Shown here piece after piece: positions 61,331-64,000 of a stretch of 64,000 bases of DNA. Origin of the DNA: Hydrolagus affinis. Its lineage: Eukaryota. A model generated the notes under the pieces. That model was not told the DNA's origin and searched no databases. It was given only the letters and a program-made list of their open reading frames with translations. Every line of letters begins with the position of its first letter. Position 1 is the first letter of the stretch. The position numbers and the translations under genes are program-made. Where the stretch lies: assembly GCA_012026655.1 (NCBI GenBank), contig JAAILG010000803.1, positions 1 to 64,000 of the forward strand, in the 5' to 3' direction.

Positions 61331-61539
61331 ACCCCCACTCTATAAATAGGAAGCTTTAAACCACAAGACGAGCACAAGCGAAAATTAATCTAAATCTTCA
61401 TTGTAAGCTGCAGACTTTGCAGTTGCGCTTTTCTGAACGTTGAACGAACACATCAACACCCTTAAAAACACGCACATCCCAACTGGCAAACAATTGGGAG
61501 TTATTGTTTCTGAATTTCCATTAACCTTTGGGATTCGAT

Positions 61540-61650
61540 CAGAGAAAAAGGCAGGTAAATTGGACTGAGTGATTTGCTCCTTCAAAGAGTCAGCACAGAC
61601 GCGATGGGCTCATGGTTTTTACACTGTGTTGTAAATGTCTGTGGTTCCAT
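61540..61650 (+). mobile_element. CR1 3' terminus
   Basis: aaggcaggtaaattggactgag...caaagagtcagcacagacgcgatgggc...tgtgttgtaaatgtctgtggttccatg; homologous to 37218-37292. Confidence 0.7.
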
Positions 61651-62279
61651 GGAAGAAGCAAATCAGAAATAAAACCTTTTCCCCAAAATATTTTCAGCGC
61701 GAAATGCAATGCAACATCAACATTTGCAGTATTCTTTGATTATCTTCTTTTGCTATTTAACACAGCGAATGGGTTAGGAATCATTCCCCTTTTTTTTCCA
61801 GAAAGAGTTTCCTTCACCTCTTAAAATTACTTTACAAGGAAAAAGTAACATTTAAAAAAAAAGTGTTCAAGATATTATTTATCTTCTCCAGCTACTTGAT
61901 ATTATTTTACAAAGTGTTTTCCACGTTTGGATTTTTTGACCTTGTATTAATGACATGAGATGATTCCCCAAGTGGCAGTTCCGATGGCCACCTTACAGTG
62001 TTCATGTTTTAGTTGAATAAATAGGTTTGATGTGTCAGCACAAATAGTGGTGCTATTGCCATCTGAGCGTTCAATGTTCTTTTGATCTCTCATGAAACTC
62101 CCCTGGATCTGGGCATCTTGAAATCGGATTCAACTTGATTTTACCTCTGTGGCTCGGATTCGGTTTGCCTGTCGTCACCTCAAACAGTCTACTCAGTAGA
62201 TAAAAATCACTAAAAATAACAAATTGCTCAGCGAACGGATGCGGCATCTTCACAGGCTCCGAAGTGGTGTGCAATGCGT

Positions 62280-63022
62280 TCAGTGACAGCGCTCTCGCCT
62301 CCGAGTCACGAGACTGTGGGTTCAAGCCCCCAATTTGGGATCTGGAATCCCATAGTCTCTAAACTGACCCTCCGGATGCTTGAGGGAGTGACGGATGCAG
62401 TGTCGGAGGTGCCACCTTTCGGATGAGATGTTATCATCCTTGGCATTTGATACAGCGCTTTTCACACCTTCAAGGTGAAAGTGCTTCACTGAATATACAG
62501 TACTGTAAAGTGAATTGACTGTATATATTTGCGGGCGAAACGCGCGGCCAATTGCGCACAGCGGCGTCCCCCCACAAACAGTCGTGGATTGAAAATGACC
62601 AATTTTTTTTTTTTTTAGGGATTATTATCCGGCGTGTGTGTGGAGCAAGCAAACTTGCCCAAGGTTTCACCCTGACCTGCCTAGAATTGAACACAGGTCT
62701 CACATTTGTAAGGCGAGTGAGTGCTCTAACCACTGAGCTACAGGACCCCATGTTAAACCAAGGTCATGTGTACCTGTTCGGTTGGATGTTAAAGTTCCAT
62801 GGGATCTATTCGAAAAGAGAACGAAGATTCTCCTATTGGGCTAACAATCCCCCAAATTAAATTGGTCACTCACTCCATGGCTATTTGGTGGGACGGTGCT
62901 GTGTGGAAATGGCTGCCGTGCATCCCCCACAAAATACACAGCCAATCAATCCACTTTACAGCGCCCCCTCTGAGGCGCTTTCAGGTGTCTCAACTGCACG
63001 ATAAGGTGCTATATTAAATAGT
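62280..63022 (+). mobile_element. Near full-length older Deu-SINE split by a young SINE (host pieces 62280-62433 and 62750-63022)
   Basis: gctctcgcctccgagtca...gggttcaagcc...tgtcggaggtgccacctttcggatgagatgtta, then resumes atgttaaaccaagg...aatggctgccg...aaggtgctatattaaat. Confidence 0.85.
62434..62749 (-). mobile_element. Full-length young SINE inserted antisense into a Deu-SINE
   Basis: Minus-strand head cctgtagctcagtggttagagcactc; flanked by atgtta direct repeats at 62428-62433 and 62750-62755. Confidence 0.95.
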
Positions 63023-63482
63023 ATTATTTTTAATGTTATTATTGAGTTGTGTGCTGCTTTATTTCAGTCAATGTTATGATTCAGAACGACTGCTTCCTGC
63101 TTGCGAATGGAGTGCCAGCAATGCACAGATTTCTTGTGTAGATTTATTTTAAAGGCACAATAAATGGCTGTTTAAAAAAATGTGCTGTTTGCGCTCGGCT
63201 ACCAGGAAGTAACATTTTCATCAAGTAATTCATGGCGTCTTAGCCATGAACCTCCAAGATGAAGGCAAAGTTTGAAATCGAGACTTTTTTTTCCGGTACG
63301 TACTATATTGGAATTATTTCCTGTTATAATTAGAATCTGTGCGGCTGTTTGTCAGACATTGCTGTGTGTCAGACACTGTGGCCACCACAGGTCAGCCCGC
63401 CCCCAAAAAATCCACTCTGAATCTGTTTTTACACTGCACCTTATGAAGGGTTTTGAGATGTCCCTTATCACATTGTCAGGAT

Positions 63483-63605
63483 GTTTCGCCCACAAAATAC
63501 TGCATACAGTTAATTCACTTCACGATATACGCTGTGAAATGTTTCTGTGAAACAAGACAACAAGGTGGCAAGGCCCTATATCGAATGCAGGGATTGTTAT
63601 TAATA
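63483..63605 (+). mobile_element. SINE 3' fragment
   Basis: gtttcgcccacaaaatac...ttaattcacttcac...ctatatcgaatgcagggattgtt. Confidence 0.7.
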
Positions 63606-64000
63606 TTTTTATTAGACAATGCAAGGATTATTATTCGCCAATTCCTGCACGTTGAATGTCTTCATTAATATATCTTCTTTCAGGCTGCGCTATGGGCAAT
63701 TTTGTCAATGCAGATACCTGACAGTTCAGCTGTTTAGCTGCGTGTTGTAATAATCTATTAAAACCAATTATTTTAATCAGTTAAGTGTGTTGATTCAGAT
63801 ACCGGGTGTGATAAGTGGTAGATTGGACAGAGAGAGAGAGTGATTTATTCATTGGTTTTACCAGGGCAGCATCCTAGTAGGTTAATATTTAAACTGAAGT
63901 CAGATGCTGTTTTATTGCTAATGTCGGCTGTTTCATTGTGCAGACGTTTGTCAACCGATAAAATAGATCATTCAAAGGCTCATGCTCGTTTCAGAGGTTT

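Overview
This is eukaryotic, repeat-rich, apparently non-coding DNA with one 100-N assembly gap (56088-56187). None of the listed ORFs looks like a real host gene; they come from repeats, microsatellites or chance. The dominant repeat is a young tRNA-headed SINE (about 300-350 bp) ending in an L2-type stem-loop and (ATT)n, with about 30 copies, four of them full length. Also present are an older SINE family carrying the complete Deu-domain (AmnSINE1/SacSINE1-like), decayed L2 and CR1 LINE 3' ends, and one small TIR element with internal telomere-like repeats. The repeat set suggests a cartilaginous fish, possibly elephant shark/chimaera; this is an inference from recalled repeat consensuses, not a search. 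Repeat-free, homeobox/Pbx-Hox/Meis/Sox-motif-rich blocks between the repeats look like conserved non-coding enhancers in a long intron or gene desert. The best leads are nested SINE insertions with readable target duplications, the chimeric relationship of the two SINE families, the TIR element at 53.1-53.3 kb, a 27-bp duplication with a hairpin at 27.5 kb, and a splice-signal/hairpin cluster at 49.8-50 kb. I found no evidence for a new protein-coding system. Boundaries of decayed repeats are approximate.
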